From Rubrivivax sp. (GTDB taxonomy: Bacteria; Pseudomonadota; Gammaproteobacteria; Burkholderiales; Burkholderiaceae_C): DNA of 64,000 bases. The stretch covers positions 1,744,494 through 1,808,493 of the forward strand of contig OZ252249.1 in the NCBI GenBank assembly GCA_965249635.1. Direction: 5' to 3'. Positions 20,430 to 31,211 of the stretch are shown here, one piece after another. Numbering within the stretch: position 1 is the stretch's first letter; each line of letters starts with the position of its first letter. A program made the position numbers and the translations under genes. The notes beneath the pieces are model-generated. The model had not been told where the DNA came from and searched no databases. It saw nothing but the letters and a program-made list of their open reading frames with translations.

Positions 20430-21047
20430 TCAAATGCGGCTGTAGTCGTCTGACGCTGGTCTATTCGTTGCGGTCGCGGCTTGGTGGTGCAAGCTGTGAA
20501 GCACCTCCGCCGGCACAGAGCCTGTCTGAACAACACCCAGTTGCTGCGCGCTTAAAAAACCCTGCTGCACGCTGGACTGCATGAAGCTCAGCAGGGCGTC
20601 GTAGTAGCCGGCCACGTTGAGCAAGCCAATGGGCTTGGCGTGATAGTCCAGTTGGCGCCAGGTCCACACTTCGTACAGCTCTTCCAGCGTACCGATGCCG
20701 CCAGGCAGCGCCAAAAACGCTTGCGCATGTTCGGCCATCAACTGTTTGCGCTGGTGCATGGTTTCCACCACGTGGAGTTGATGCAGGCCGCGGTGGCCCA
20801 CCTCGCGGTCTTTCAAGCTTTTTGGAATGATACCGATGACATGCGCGCCAGCTGCCAATGCCGCGTCGGCCACGATGCCCATCAAGCCGACATTGCCGCC
20901 GCCGTAGACGAGCCCCCAGCCTTGCTGGCCGATCAGCGTTCCTACCTCAGCGGCAGCGGCAGCAAACTCAGGGTCTGCGCCGGCGCGCGAGCCGCAGTAC
21001 ACGCATACATTGAAGGTCGCGGGTTGGGCGGAGGAAGCGTTAGGCAT
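20430..21047 (-). CDS. LOG-family (TIGR00730) nucleotide phosphoribohydrolase
   Basis: VCVYCGSRAG..LVYGGGNVGLMG..PGGIGTLEELYEVWTW are the diagnostic LOG motifs. Confidence 0.85.
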   Translation of the reverse strand: MPNASSAQPATFNVCVYCGSRAGADPEFAAAAAEVGTLIGQQGWGLVYGGGNVGLMGIVADAALAAGAHVIGIIPKSLKDREVGHRGLHQLHVVETMHQRKQLMAEHAQAFLALPGGIGTLEELYEVWTWRQLDYHAKPIGLLNVAGYYDALLSFMQSSVQQGFLSAQQLGVVQTGSVPAEVLHSLHHQAATATNRPASDDYSRI

Positions 21048-21570
21048 GCAGCCGATTTTGCCGGAGCGCGGGCCGCGTATCGACCAGCCGCGTGCCGCAC
21101 ACCCAGTCGTGGACGAACTGACGGCTGGGTTGCAACAAGCTCAAAGCCGCGTAACCCAACACGCCAGCTATCAAGCAGCCGGTAATCCCGGCGGTGTCGG
21201 TTTGGTCGGAAAAGTGGGCAACTGCCAAGCCTGGAACTACCCAGAGCCAAGACAGCAGGTACCGAAGCAGGCTGCGTAAGGGCCGCACGCGGCTTCCATC
21301 TGCGAGCTCGAGTCGGATATGCCAGGTTTTCATCGCCAAGGTTTGCCCCGCAAAGGACCAGAAGCCAATGAAATAGATGGCCAGTGCGAGAAACAGAACG
21401 GCACGCAAGCCCCACTGGCCTTGCAAGGCATGCTGTTGGTTCGTGATGCCGGCGTAAGCCAAACCAACCAGCATAACCACGCCGAAGAGCAGCACACACT
21501 CGTAAATCAGGCAAAGCAGGCGCCGAAAGAGCGGCGGTGACGCTCGCTCGTGGTCTTGAGGCGGACTCAC
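21040..21570 (-). CDS. RDD-family membrane protein
   Basis: 176 aa with about 3 hydrophobic helices. RRLLCLIYECVLLFGVVMLV.. start and HDWVCGTRLVD end are typical of the RDD domain. Overlaps neighbours by 4 and 8 nt. Confidence 0.65.
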   Translation of the reverse strand: MSPPQDHERASPPLFRRLLCLIYECVLLFGVVMLVGLAYAGITNQQHALQGQWGLRAVLFLALAIYFIGFWSFAGQTLAMKTWHIRLELADGSRVRPLRSLLRYLLSWLWVVPGLAVAHFSDQTDTAGITGCLIAGVLGYAALSLLQPSRQFVHDWVCGTRLVDTRPALRQNRLHA

Positions 21571-22541
21571 TGCTCAGGTTCGGGCGCCGGTTCGGGCGCT
21601 GGCTCGGGCACAGAGTCCGGATCGACGATAGTGGGTGATTCGCCTGGTTTGGGCGGAGGTGAAGCTGCCACGCCCTGCGGACCGCGCAGGGGCAACAAGG
21701 TCGTGGGGTCAACAAAACCCGCGCCCGCGTTCAGTTTGGGCATTCCAGCTTGGTGGAAGACGGGCGGTTTGGCCCGGGTGGTGACCAGAGAGGTGGTTGC
21801 GCCTTGCCGGGCCTGCACGATGGTGGAACTGACGACTTTGGGCTGCGCCGAGTGAGAGGGCAGCGTGACGATGTTTTTCTTGCTTTGCGTGGCACTCGGC
21901 TTGCCCAGGGTCGCAACCGCAGATGTCGTGTTGGGCTGGGATCTGGCAGATGCTGCCGGTGTTGCGGGCCTTTTGGTCGTGCTCGCGGCCTGCGCAGCCA
22001 GCGCACGGCGCTGGTCTGCCGACAAAGCTTGGTAAGCGTCCCAATGTTCTTGGCGCCCGCCTGGTGCCAGTTGACGCGCTTCTTGAAACTGAATGCGTGT
22101 CTGGCCGCGCTGCCTGGGTGACATGGCCAGCCATTCGGTCATGCGCTGCTGGACGCGTGCACGCTCTTCGCTAGTCATGTTTGGCATGCGATTGGCCAAC
22201 TGCAGCCAGGTTTGCTTGCGGATCGCGCTGATGCTGCCCCATTCGCCTTTCAACGGTGCCAAAGCGTCCTGTTGCGCTGAACCGAGTTCGAGCCACAGCG
22301 GCCGTGCTTCTGGCTGCGGTTGCGGCGATGTAGCCACCGCCACGGGTTTGCCGGGGGCGGCGACCGGCTGTGCCTGGCTGGCCGCCGTCCAACACAGTGC
22401 CGCGCTGGCCCAGCTGAGGGTCAAAACTTGCCAGCCGCTGAATCCTGAAACACACCCGCGTGAAACCCCGAGGCGCTGCAGGCCAGACGCACCAGGGCCG
22501 AGCTTGGGCCCCCGCTGGTCGAGCAACGCACTCAGTTTCAT
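21567..22541 (-). CDS. DUF3106-like secreted protein
   Basis: Signal-like N-terminus. Repeated W..L....R.....R motifs (WLQLANRMPNMTSEERARVQQRMTEWLAMSPRQR; HWDAYQALSADQRRAL) recall DUF3106. Pro/Ala-rich tail with (PEPA)n. Confidence 0.6.
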   Translation of the reverse strand: MKLSALLDQRGPKLGPGASGLQRLGVSRGCVSGFSGWQVLTLSWASAALCWTAASQAQPVAAPGKPVAVATSPQPQPEARPLWLELGSAQQDALAPLKGEWGSISAIRKQTWLQLANRMPNMTSEERARVQQRMTEWLAMSPRQRGQTRIQFQEARQLAPGGRQEHWDAYQALSADQRRALAAQAASTTKRPATPAASARSQPNTTSAVATLGKPSATQSKKNIVTLPSHSAQPKVVSSTIVQARQGATTSLVTTRAKPPVFHQAGMPKLNAGAGFVDPTTLLPLRGPQGVAASPPPKPGESPTIVDPDSVPEPAPEPAPEPEQ

Positions 22542-22972
22542 GGGGTACCTTGCTTCAGGAATTGCGTGAAGCCGGGGTCGGCATAAGCGCGTGGCGGCAG
22601 GTCGTCGGCCAGCAGGATCGAATCGATCTCCGCGGCAGCCTGAACGCGCTCGTTGTCATCCAGGTGCTCAATGAGGATCAAGCCTAGTGCCAACAAGAGC
22701 AAGGGCACCAAAGACGCAGCAGGCACCCACCAAGGCGATCCGCCCATGGTCGCTTGCCCATTGCGCACCTGAATGGACGTGGCGGCAGCCACTTCTCGCT
22801 TGCGCAGGGCAGCAGCGCGCCCAACCGCTTGCTCGCGCGCAACGCGCAGGCGCTGTTGAATATCGTGGCTCAGGGGCTGCTCATCAAGCGCTGCGGTCAG
22901 GCGCAGGCCGAACCGCGCTTCCAGCGTTTGCTGGCGATGCGCGGCCATTGCGGTGGGTAGGGCGCGAATCAC
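22538..22972 (-). CDS. DUF3619-like single-pass membrane protein (candidate anti-sigma partner)
   Basis: 144 aa with one TM segment (WWVPAASLVPLLLLALGLILI), immediately downstream of and overlapping the ECF sigma gene by 4 nt. Confidence 0.55.
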   Translation of the reverse strand: MIRALPTAMAAHRQQTLEARFGLRLTAALDEQPLSHDIQQRLRVAREQAVGRAAALRKREVAAATSIQVRNGQATMGGSPWWVPAASLVPLLLLALGLILIEHLDDNERVQAAAEIDSILLADDLPPRAYADPGFTQFLKQGTP

Positions 22973-23535
22973 AGGGTAATTCCTTTAGATTTCAGGGCTT
23001 TTGCCAAAGCGTGAACGGCTCTGGAGCAGTGTGTTTTGACACTTCCTTCAGAGCAACCCATGGCATCAGCCGTCTCGGCAACATCGAACTCTTCCCAGTA
23101 ACGCAGCAAGAAGGCTTCCCGTTGACGGGCCGGCAGTGCTTCGATCTCAGTTTCAATAGCTCGCAGGATTTGTGCCCGCCCAACAGCTTCAGCGGCACTT
23201 TCAGTACCTTCGCTGGATTCTTGCGATTCCAGGCTTTCAAGAAGGTCGAAATCGGCGTCTTCCGCGCCGGCTTCAATTTCAGACATGTTGGTCAGGACGG
23301 CTCTGCGCACTTTTTGGCGCCGAAACCAGTCCATCGTGGCGTTAGACAGGATGCGCTGGAAAACCAGCGGGAGCTCCTCAGGCGGGCGGTCGCCATAGCG
23401 CTCGGCCACCCGGATCATCGCGTCTTGCACGATATCGAGCGCCGCGTCTTCGTCGCGTACGGCAAATACCGTGCGTTTGAACGCACGTTTTTCGACGCCC
23501 CGGAGAAAGTTTGTCAGTTCCTGGTCGGTAGCCAA
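22969..23535 (-). CDS. ECF-type RNA polymerase sigma-70 family factor
   Basis: Region 2 (ALDIVQDAMIRVAERY..LVFQRILSNATMDWFRRQ) and region 4 (LPARQREAFLLRYWEEFDVAETADAMGCSEGSVKTHCSRAVHAL). Confidence 0.88.
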   Translation of the reverse strand: MATDQELTNFLRGVEKRAFKRTVFAVRDEDAALDIVQDAMIRVAERYGDRPPEELPLVFQRILSNATMDWFRRQKVRRAVLTNMSEIEAGAEDADFDLLESLESQESSEGTESAAEAVGRAQILRAIETEIEALPARQREAFLLRYWEEFDVAETADAMGCSEGSVKTHCSRAVHALAKALKSKGITL

Positions 23536-23783
23536 TGACCACTCTTCGAGGCTTTACGCCTCAGATGTTTCGGGCGCGGATTATGTCTTGCGCCCTGGCT
23601 TACCGGTCGGAAGTCACAAAATGCAATAATGCGCTCTTCGTTCAAAGCGAGATCTGGCTTGAAGCCGGCCTGCTGAAAGCAGCGGGCAGCGTGCAAGCCG
23701 CACAGGCACCACAGCCGCCCCATAAGGGCGCGCCGAGGGTGCACCGATGGTTTTTCGTCAGAGAAATTCACAAAGGTTTGAAA

Positions 23784-25559
23784 ATGGACTTATCGACCAC
23801 TGAAGTCAAACGTGCCGCGTCGGCACAAACTCCTCTCATCCCCGCCGCTGACCCCAACGGGTCCGAAATCCTTGTTCGGTGCCTGCAAGCCGAGAACGTT
23901 AAATTTCTCTGGGGTTACCCCGGAGGTGCGGTTCTCTATATCTACGACGCGCTATACAAGCAGTCGAGCATCGAGCACGTTCTCGTGCGCCATGAGCAAG
24001 CGGCGATCCATGCAGCAGATGGATATGCACGTGCCACGGGTGACGTTGGCGTCGCCCTGGTGACCTCCGGGCCTGGCGTGACCAATGCCGTGACGGGCAT
24101 CGCGACGGCGTACATGGACTCGATTCCCATGGTCATCATCACGGGCCAGGTTCCAACGCCCGCGATTGGCCTGGATGCCTTCCAGGAGTGCGACACCGTG
24201 GGCATTACGCGTCCGATCGTGAAGCACAACTTCCTGGTCAAAGATGTGCGCGATCTGGCAGCCACCGTCAAGAAGGCCTTTCATATCGCCCGCACCGGCC
24301 GGCCTGGTCCGGTGGTGGTGGATATTCCGAAAGACGTGTCGCTGAAGACGGCGCCCTTCGAATACCCAACCAGTGTTGTGATGCGCTCTTACAACCCGGT
24401 GCGCAAAGGCCACGCAGGGCAAATTCGCAAGGCCGTGCAGTTGCTGCTGGCGGCCAAACGGCCGTACATCTATACCGGTGGTGGCGTGGTTTTGGGCGAA
24501 GCCAGCGCCGAATTGCGCGAGTTGATCGACCTGCTCGGCTACCCCTGCACCAGCACCTTGATGGGCTTGGGTGCCATTCCCGCCAGCCACCCCCGCTTCT
24601 TGGGCATGCTGGGCATGCACGGCACCTATGAGGCCAACATGACCATGCAGCACAGCGACGTGCTGCTGGCGGTGGGCGCCCGGTTTGACGACCGCGTGAT
24701 TGGCAACCCCAAACACTTTGCGAGCGTTGAACGCAAGATCATCCATGTGGATATCGACCCGTCCAGCATCTCCAAGCGCGTGAAGGTCGACATTCCCATC
24801 GTCGGTGACGTGAAGGACGTTTTGCAAGAGTTGATCTCGCAGATCCGCGAGGCACAGGCGAAGCCCGATGCCAGCGCGCTGCAAGCCTGGTGGAACCAGG
24901 TGAATGAATGGCGCGCGCGCGAGTGCCTGAAATACAAGCCCAGCGCCGATGTCGTCAAGCCCCAGATGGTCGTTGAGACCTTGAACCGCCTGACCAAGGG
25001 CACAGACAGCTACATCACCTCCGATGTGGGCCAGCACCAGATGTGGGCCGCGCAGTACTACGCCTTCGAAGAACCGCGGCGCTGGATCAATTCCGGTGGC
25101 CTGGGCACGATGGGCGTGGGCTTGCCCTATGCGATGGGCATCAAGCTCGCCAAGCCCGATGCGGACGTGTTCTGCATCACCGGCGAAGGCAGCATTCAGA
25201 TGTGCATCCAAGAGCTGTCCACCTGCAAGCAATACAACACGCCGGTCAAGATCGTTGCCCTCAATAACCGTTACCTCGGCATGGTGCGCCAGTGGCAGCA
25301 GCTGGACTATGGCGGCCGCTATTCGCACAGCTACATGGACGCGCTGCCTGATTTCGTGAAGCTTGCCGAAGCCTACGGGCACGTCGGCTTGAAGATCGAG
25401 CGCCCGTCAGACGTCGAGCCCGCGCTGCGGGAAATGATTCGTCTGAAAGACCGCACGGTGTTCCTGGACGTGCGCACCGACCCCACCGAAAACGTCTGGC
25501 CGATGGTGCAGGCGGGCAAGGGCATATCGGAGATGCTGCTCGGTTCAGAAGACCTGTAG
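23784..25559 (+). CDS. ilvI: Acetolactate synthase large (catalytic) subunit
   Basis: Conserved sequence from MDLSTTEV..GSEILVRCLQAENVKFLWGYPGGAVL. ThDP motif GGLGTMGVGLPYAMG..GEGSIQMCIQEL present. The upstream part of the track ORF is non-coding leader. Confidence 0.93.
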   Translation: MDLSTTEVKRAASAQTPLIPAADPNGSEILVRCLQAENVKFLWGYPGGAVLYIYDALYKQSSIEHVLVRHEQAAIHAADGYARATGDVGVALVTSGPGVTNAVTGIATAYMDSIPMVIITGQVPTPAIGLDAFQECDTVGITRPIVKHNFLVKDVRDLAATVKKAFHIARTGRPGPVVVDIPKDVSLKTAPFEYPTSVVMRSYNPVRKGHAGQIRKAVQLLLAAKRPYIYTGGGVVLGEASAELRELIDLLGYPCTSTLMGLGAIPASHPRFLGMLGMHGTYEANMTMQHSDVLLAVGARFDDRVIGNPKHFASVERKIIHVDIDPSSISKRVKVDIPIVGDVKDVLQELISQIREAQAKPDASALQAWWNQVNEWRARECLKYKPSADVVKPQMVVETLNRLTKGTDSYITSDVGQHQMWAAQYYAFEEPRRWINSGGLGTMGVGLPYAMGIKLAKPDADVFCITGEGSIQMCIQELSTCKQYNTPVKIVALNNRYLGMVRQWQQLDYGGRYSHSYMDALPDFVKLAEAYGHVGLKIERPSDVEPALREMIRLKDRTVFLDVRTDPTENVWPMVQAGKGISEMLLGSEDL

Positions 25560-25734
25560 CGGGCTTGGCCTGCCACCGGCCGCTGGGCGTTACCGCGCCG
25601 GGCGATGGGGTGGAGGGCCGGCGTGCCACTTCTTTCGAACCTCCATCTCAAGCTGATTCAACCCACCGAAACGTGGCCAAGGTGCGCCGGTTACCGCCGG
25701 CGGTCCGAAGAGCGCGGGTCGAAGGAAAATTCTG

Positions 25735-26226
25735 ATGAAACACATCATTGCCGTGCTGCTCGAAAACGAGCCTGGTGCCTTGTCGCGCGTCGTGGCGCTG
25801 TTTTCTGCGCGGGGCTACAACATCGAGAGTCTGACGGTGGCACCCACCGAAGACGCCTCGCTGTCGCGCATGACCATCGTCACAACGGGCTCTGACGAAG
25901 TGATCGAGCAGATCACCAAACACCTGAACCGCCTAATCGAAGTGGTCAAGGTGGTTGACCTGACCGAAGGCAGCTTTACCGAACGCGAGCTCATGCTCAT
26001 CAAGGTTAGAGCTGTCGGAAAAGAGCGCGAAGAAATGACGCGAATGGCGGACATCTTCCGCGGCCGCATCATTGACGTCACTGAAAAAAGCTACACCATC
26101 GAGCTGACCGGTGATTCGAGCAAGTTGGATGCGTTTTTGGTCGCCATCGACCGAACCGCCATCCTCGAAACCGTCCGCACCGGTGCCAGTGGCATCGGTC
26201 GCGGTGAACGCATCCTCAGAGTTTGA
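25735..26226 (+). CDS. ilvH: Acetolactate synthase small (regulatory) subunit
   Basis: MKHIIAVLLENEPGALSRVVALFSARGYNIESLTVAPTED is the ACT domain of IlvH/IlvN. Confidence 0.93.
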   Translation: MKHIIAVLLENEPGALSRVVALFSARGYNIESLTVAPTEDASLSRMTIVTTGSDEVIEQITKHLNRLIEVVKVVDLTEGSFTERELMLIKVRAVGKEREEMTRMADIFRGRIIDVTEKSYTIELTGDSSKLDAFLVAIDRTAILETVRTGASGIGRGERILRV

Positions 26227-27261
<1,035 letters not shown>

Positions 27262-27287
27262 GCACCCCGTCTGCGGCGAGTGCAATC

Positions 27288-27314
27288 AAGGGCCGCCGTG
27301 CAGCGGCCCTTTTT
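27288..27314 (+). terminator. Intrinsic terminator after ilvC
   Basis: AAGGGCCGC-CGTGCA-GCGGCCCTT followed by TTTC. Confidence 0.7.
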
Positions 27315-27339
27315 CATGTCTGCGCTATGCTTCGAGCCA

Positions 27340-28173
27340 ATGAACGAGCCTCAGCGACACCCTCCTGCTGACGACGCCGAAGTTATTGAGCTTCGTCGCC
27401 CCCGCCGCAAGGGCATCTATGTGCTGCCCAATGCGGTAACCCTGGCCGCCTTGTTCGCCGGCTTTTACGCCATCGTCATGGCCATGAGCGGGCGCTTTGA
27501 GGTGGCCTGTATCGGCATTTTTGTGGCGGCAGTCTTGGACAGCCTGGACGGTCGCGTCGCGCGCATGACCAACACACAAAGTGCGTTTGGCGAGCAAATG
27601 GACAGCCTTTGTGACATGGTCAGCTTCGGTCTGGCGCCGGCCTTGATCATGTTGGAGTGGGGCTTGAAGGGTCTGGGCAAGCCGGGCTGGATTGCATCCT
27701 TCATCTACTGCTCGGCTGCAGCACTTCGCTTGGCGCGCTTCAACGTGAATATCGGCGTGGTTGATAAGCGCTTCTTTCAAGGCTTGCCCAGCCCTGCCGC
27801 TGCGGCCTTGGTTATCGGCTTTATCTACATGGCGACCGAGCTAGAACTTCAACCCAGTATGGAAGCCGCTTGGTTGCCCTGGACGGCGTTTGGCATTACT
27901 TTGTTTGCGGGCCTGTCGATGGTGACCAATGCGCCGTTCTACAGCTTCAAAGTAGTTGGTGGGCGCAAGACGGTGCCTTTTGCCGTGATCGTGGCTGTTG
28001 CGCTGGGGATCGCCGTTGTGAACATCAACCCACCGGTCGTTGGTTTTGCATTGTTTTGCGCCTACGGACTGTCGGGTTACGCGGTTTATGTCTGGCGCAA
28101 AACCCAAGGCCGCCCTGCAAGCTTTATTGCAACGTCCACCGACGAGCCTGATGAAATCGGCCTGCATCGCTGA
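27340..28173 (+). CDS. pssA: CDP-diacylglycerol--serine O-phosphatidyltransferase
   Basis: CDP-alcohol phosphotransferase motif AAVLDSLDGRVARMTNTQSAFGEQMDSLCDMVSFG. Multi-TM protein. Start at MNEPQRH (ATG 27340). Confidence 0.85.
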   Translation: MNEPQRHPPADDAEVIELRRPRRKGIYVLPNAVTLAALFAGFYAIVMAMSGRFEVACIGIFVAAVLDSLDGRVARMTNTQSAFGEQMDSLCDMVSFGLAPALIMLEWGLKGLGKPGWIASFIYCSAAALRLARFNVNIGVVDKRFFQGLPSPAAAALVIGFIYMATELELQPSMEAAWLPWTAFGITLFAGLSMVTNAPFYSFKVVGGRKTVPFAVIVAVALGIAVVNINPPVVGFALFCAYGLSGYAVYVWRKTQGRPASFIATSTDEPDEIGLHR

Positions 28174-28220
28174 GGTTTTTTTGGTCGGCCTTTGAAGAGC
28201 GCTGTGATACATTGGCTTCC

Positions 28221-28271
28221 ATGACGGTTCGCAGCAAGTCTCTCTCGCTACTTCTGCTAGGAGTGCACTAG
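28221..28271 (+). CDS. Candidate leucine leader peptide (16 aa, MTVRSKSLSLLLLGVH)
   Basis: Mini-ORF with 5 Leu in 6 residues, four consecutive (CTA CTT CTG CTA). It sits 39 nt upstream of a terminator that abuts the leuA RBS. No strong SD is visible. Confidence 0.55.
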   Translation: MTVRSKSLSLLLLGVH

Positions 28272-28309
28272 GCGCGCTGATCGTCCACGAGCATCTTTTT
28301 TTCGGAACG

Positions 28310-28351
28310 ACGGCCCGCCCAGCGCAACGCAGCGGGCCGTTTGCTTTTGTT
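28310..28351 (+). terminator. Intrinsic terminator (leuA attenuator)
   Basis: ACGGCCCGC-13 nt-GCGGGCCGT followed by TTGCTTTTGTT, ending 38 nt before the leuA ATG. Confidence 0.65.
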
Positions 28352-28388
28352 CCCTACGCTGCGTGCACCAAACCCACGGAGTGACACC

Positions 28389-29930
28389 ATGACCGACAAG
28401 CTCATCATCTTTGACACCACCTTGCGCGACGGCGAGCAATCGCCCGGCGCTTCGATGACGCGCGAAGAAAAGCTGCGCATCGCGCGGCAGTTGGAGCGGC
28501 TGCAGGTTGACGTCATCGAGGCTGGTTTTGCTGCCTCCAGCAATGGCGACTTTGAAGCTGTCAAGTCGATCGCCGAGGTCATCAAGGACAGCACGGTTTG
28601 TTCGCTGGCCCGAGCCAACGACCGTGACATTGCGCGGGCAGGTGAAGCACTCAAACGCGCTGCGCGCTCGCGCATCCACACGTTCATTGCGACCAGCGAA
28701 CTGCACATGGAGAAAAAGCTGCGCATGACCCGTGACCAGGTTTTCGAACAGGCCAAGCAGTCCGTTCGCTTTGCGCGCAACCTGTGCGGCGACATCGAGT
28801 TTTCACCGGAAGACGGCTACCGCTCAGATCCCGATTTTCTCTGCCGCGTGATCGAGGCTGTGATTGCTGAAGGCGCCACCACCATCAACTTGCCCGACAC
28901 GGTGGGTTATGCAGTGCCCGAGTTGTATGGCAGCTTCATACGCGACTTGCGCGAACGCATTCCGAACTCCGACAAGGCTATTTGGTCCGTGCATTGCCAC
29001 AACGACCTGGGCATGGCGGTCGCCAACTCGCTGGCCGGTGTAAAGCTCGGCGGTGCGCGGCAGGTGGAGTGCACGATCAATGGCTTGGGTGAGCGGGCGG
29101 GCAATTGCTCGCTTGAAGAGGTTGTGATGGCGGTGCGCACGCGGCGCGATTATTTCGGCCTGGACATCGGCATCGATGCCACGCAAATCGTTCCAGCGTC
29201 GCGGCTTGTTTCCCAGACCACCGGTTTTGTGGTGCAGCCCAACAAGGCCGTGGTGGGCGCCAACGCCTTTGCGCACGCCTCCGGCATCCACCAGGATGGC
29301 GTACTCAAGGCGCGCGATACCTACGAAATCATGCGTGCCGAGGATGTGGGCTGGTCGGCCAACAAAATCGTTCTTGGCAAACTCAGCGGCCGCAATGCGT
29401 TCAAGCAGCGGCTTCAAGACTTGAACATCCAGCTCGAGTCGGAGCAGGAGATCAATGCTGCCTTCGCGCGCTTCAAGGACTTGGCTGACCGCAAGAGTGA
29501 CATCTTTGACGAAGACATCATTGCCCTGGTCAGCGATGAAAGCGTGACGCAGGTTCAAGAACATTACCGGCTGCTTTCTTTGGCGCAATCATCGGAAACT
29601 GGAGAGCGGCCTCATGCGCGTGTGGCGTTCACCGCCGGCGATCAAGAAATGCGGGCTGAAGCCGATGGCAATGGTCCCGTGGACGCTAGCCTAAAAGCGA
29701 TTGAGTCTCAACTTAAAACCGGTGCGGAAATGCTGCTGTACTCCGTCAACGCCATCACCTCGGGCAGCACCGAGTCTCAAGGTGAGGTGACGGTTCGTCT
29801 GCAGCACAGCGGCCGCGTGGTCAACGGCGTTGGTGCCGACCCCGACATCGTGGTCGCGTCAGCGAAAGCCTACCTCTCGGCGTTGAACAAGCTGCACGGT
29901 TCTGTTGACCGGGTGGCAGCGCAGGGCTGA
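28389..29930 (+). CDS. leuA: 2-isopropylmalate synthase
   Basis: [24 protein letters not shown].., [16 protein letters not shown] and the C-terminal LeuA dimerisation/regulatory domain. 513 aa. Confidence 0.95.
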   Translation: MTDKLIIFDTTLRDGEQSPGASMTREEKLRIARQLERLQVDVIEAGFAASSNGDFEAVKSIAEVIKDSTVCSLARANDRDIARAGEALKRAARSRIHTFIATSELHMEKKLRMTRDQVFEQAKQSVRFARNLCGDIEFSPEDGYRSDPDFLCRVIEAVIAEGATTINLPDTVGYAVPELYGSFIRDLRERIPNSDKAIWSVHCHNDLGMAVANSLAGVKLGGARQVECTINGLGERAGNCSLEEVVMAVRTRRDYFGLDIGIDATQIVPASRLVSQTTGFVVQPNKAVVGANAFAHASGIHQDGVLKARDTYEIMRAEDVGWSANKIVLGKLSGRNAFKQRLQDLNIQLESEQEINAAFARFKDLADRKSDIFDEDIIALVSDESVTQVQEHYRLLSLAQSSETGERPHARVAFTAGDQEMRAEADGNGPVDASLKAIESQLKTGAEMLLYSVNAITSGSTESQGEVTVRLQHSGRVVNGVGADPDIVVASAKAYLSALNKLHGSVDRVAAQG

Positions 29931-30051
29931 TGGGCGGGACTTCGTGCGGTTTCGAGTGCTTGGGCCTTGTCTTGAGACGTCCTGCTGGGCGTTTTTCCGT
30001 GTTTTCGCAATGCCCAGGCTCGCTTAGACTGTGGGACGCGAAGGAGAGCTT

Positions 30052-31167
30052 GTGACCCATCGACCACGTTGCTTGAATGCTTGGCTGGCTGGCTTGGTAG
30101 CTGGATGTCTAACGCTTGGCTTGGTCTGGACTCCAGCTGCATGGGCCAAAGCCCCTGCGCAAGAGTTGAAAAAAGCTGCTGCGCAGTCGTCGACCCAGCG
30201 TACGACTGCTGCGCGTGGAAACGACAAAGCGCCTGTGCGCAAGCTTCGGGCTGCGCCTGTAGTCAAAGGCGCCAAGACCAACCGCCGCCCGATCAAGCGT
30301 ACAGCGGCCGTGGTGGTCCCTGCGGTGCTGTCAGAGGGTTACCTCGCGGGCTTGCACACCGCATCAGACCCGCTGGAGTTGAAGTCGGGCGTGGCGCTGG
30401 TGATCGACCGCGACAGCCAAGAAGTGCTGGTCAGCAAGAACCCGCAAGCCATTCTGCCAATTGCGTCCATCACCAAGCTGATGACCGCTTTGGTGGTGGT
30501 GGAGTCCGGCCAGTCGATGGACGAGCTGATCCACATCGAGTCGGTGGATGCCGACGAAACCATGAATCGCCGATCGCGATTGAAGGCGGGCACGAGCTTG
30601 ACGCGCGGTGAGATGCTGCGCTTGGCGCTGATGGCGTCTGAAAATCGGGCTGCTTACGCGCTGTCGCGGCACTTCCCAGGGGGTGCTGAGGCCTTTGTGG
30701 AGTTGATGAACCGCAAGGCGCAAGCCTTGGGTATGAAAGACACGCGCTTCGTTGAGGCTACCGGCCTGTCGGCCGACAACCGCTCCAGCGCCATGGACCT
30801 TGCACGTTTGGTCGGTGCGGCTTCGACCCATGCGGTTATTCGCGACTTCTCGACCACGCACGAAAGTGTGGTTCCGGTCGGTGCGCGCGATCAAGCTACC
30901 CAGTTCCGCAGCACCAATGGACTTATCGGCAACCCCCAGTGGGATATCTCCTTGCAGAAAACAGGCTACATCGCCGCCGCAGGCCGCTGCTTGGTGATGC
31001 AGGCCAGCCTGGCTGGGCGCAGGCTGACGATGGTCTTGCTCGACTCAGCCGGAAAGTACTCCCGCTTTGCGGATGCCGAGCGCATTCGCCAGTGGTTGTT
31101 GCGAGACGGCGGCAAGGTCTTGAGTTCGGCGACAGCGGTCCTGCCCAAAACCGAAACCACACACTGA
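30052..31167 (+). CDS. D-alanyl-D-alanine endopeptidase/carboxypeptidase (peptidase S11, PBP7-like)
   Basis: Signal peptide ..LVWTPAAWA. Active-site SITK (PIASITKLMTALVV), SEN (MASENRAAYAL) and KTG (LQKTGYI). Start GTG 30052 is preferred (AAGGAG SD) over GTG 30031. Confidence 0.85.
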   Translation: MTHRPRCLNAWLAGLVAGCLTLGLVWTPAAWAKAPAQELKKAAAQSSTQRTTAARGNDKAPVRKLRAAPVVKGAKTNRRPIKRTAAVVVPAVLSEGYLAGLHTASDPLELKSGVALVIDRDSQEVLVSKNPQAILPIASITKLMTALVVVESGQSMDELIHIESVDADETMNRRSRLKAGTSLTRGEMLRLALMASENRAAYALSRHFPGGAEAFVELMNRKAQALGMKDTRFVEATGLSADNRSSAMDLARLVGAASTHAVIRDFSTTHESVVPVGARDQATQFRSTNGLIGNPQWDISLQKTGYIAAAGRCLVMQASLAGRRLTMVLLDSAGKYSRFADAERIRQWLLRDGGKVLSSATAVLPKTETTH

Positions 31168-31211
31168 CCCCTTTGCGTCCCGTCCGACGTCAGCGCTGAC
31201 CGGCGCCGGGC

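Noticed and set aside
21577-21612. Short tandem DNA repeats, checked as possible CRISPR or VNTR elements: three 12-bp units GGTTCGGGCGCC at 21577-21612, PAPAPAPEP-coding repeats near 2590-2625, and KPAA-coding repeats near 57840-57960.
   Set aside because: All lie inside ORFs and encode Pro/Ala(/Lys) linker peptides. They have no spacer-repeat organisation and no cas genes.
23536-23783. An Ile/Val/Leu-rich leader peptide or attenuator upstream of ilvI, by analogy with the leuA leader.
   Set aside because: I read all three frames. The only mini-ORFs (for example MVFRQRNSQRFENGLIDH) are not rich in branched-chain residues, and no stem plus U-tract terminator is present. The region is more likely just the divergent ECF/ilv promoter region.
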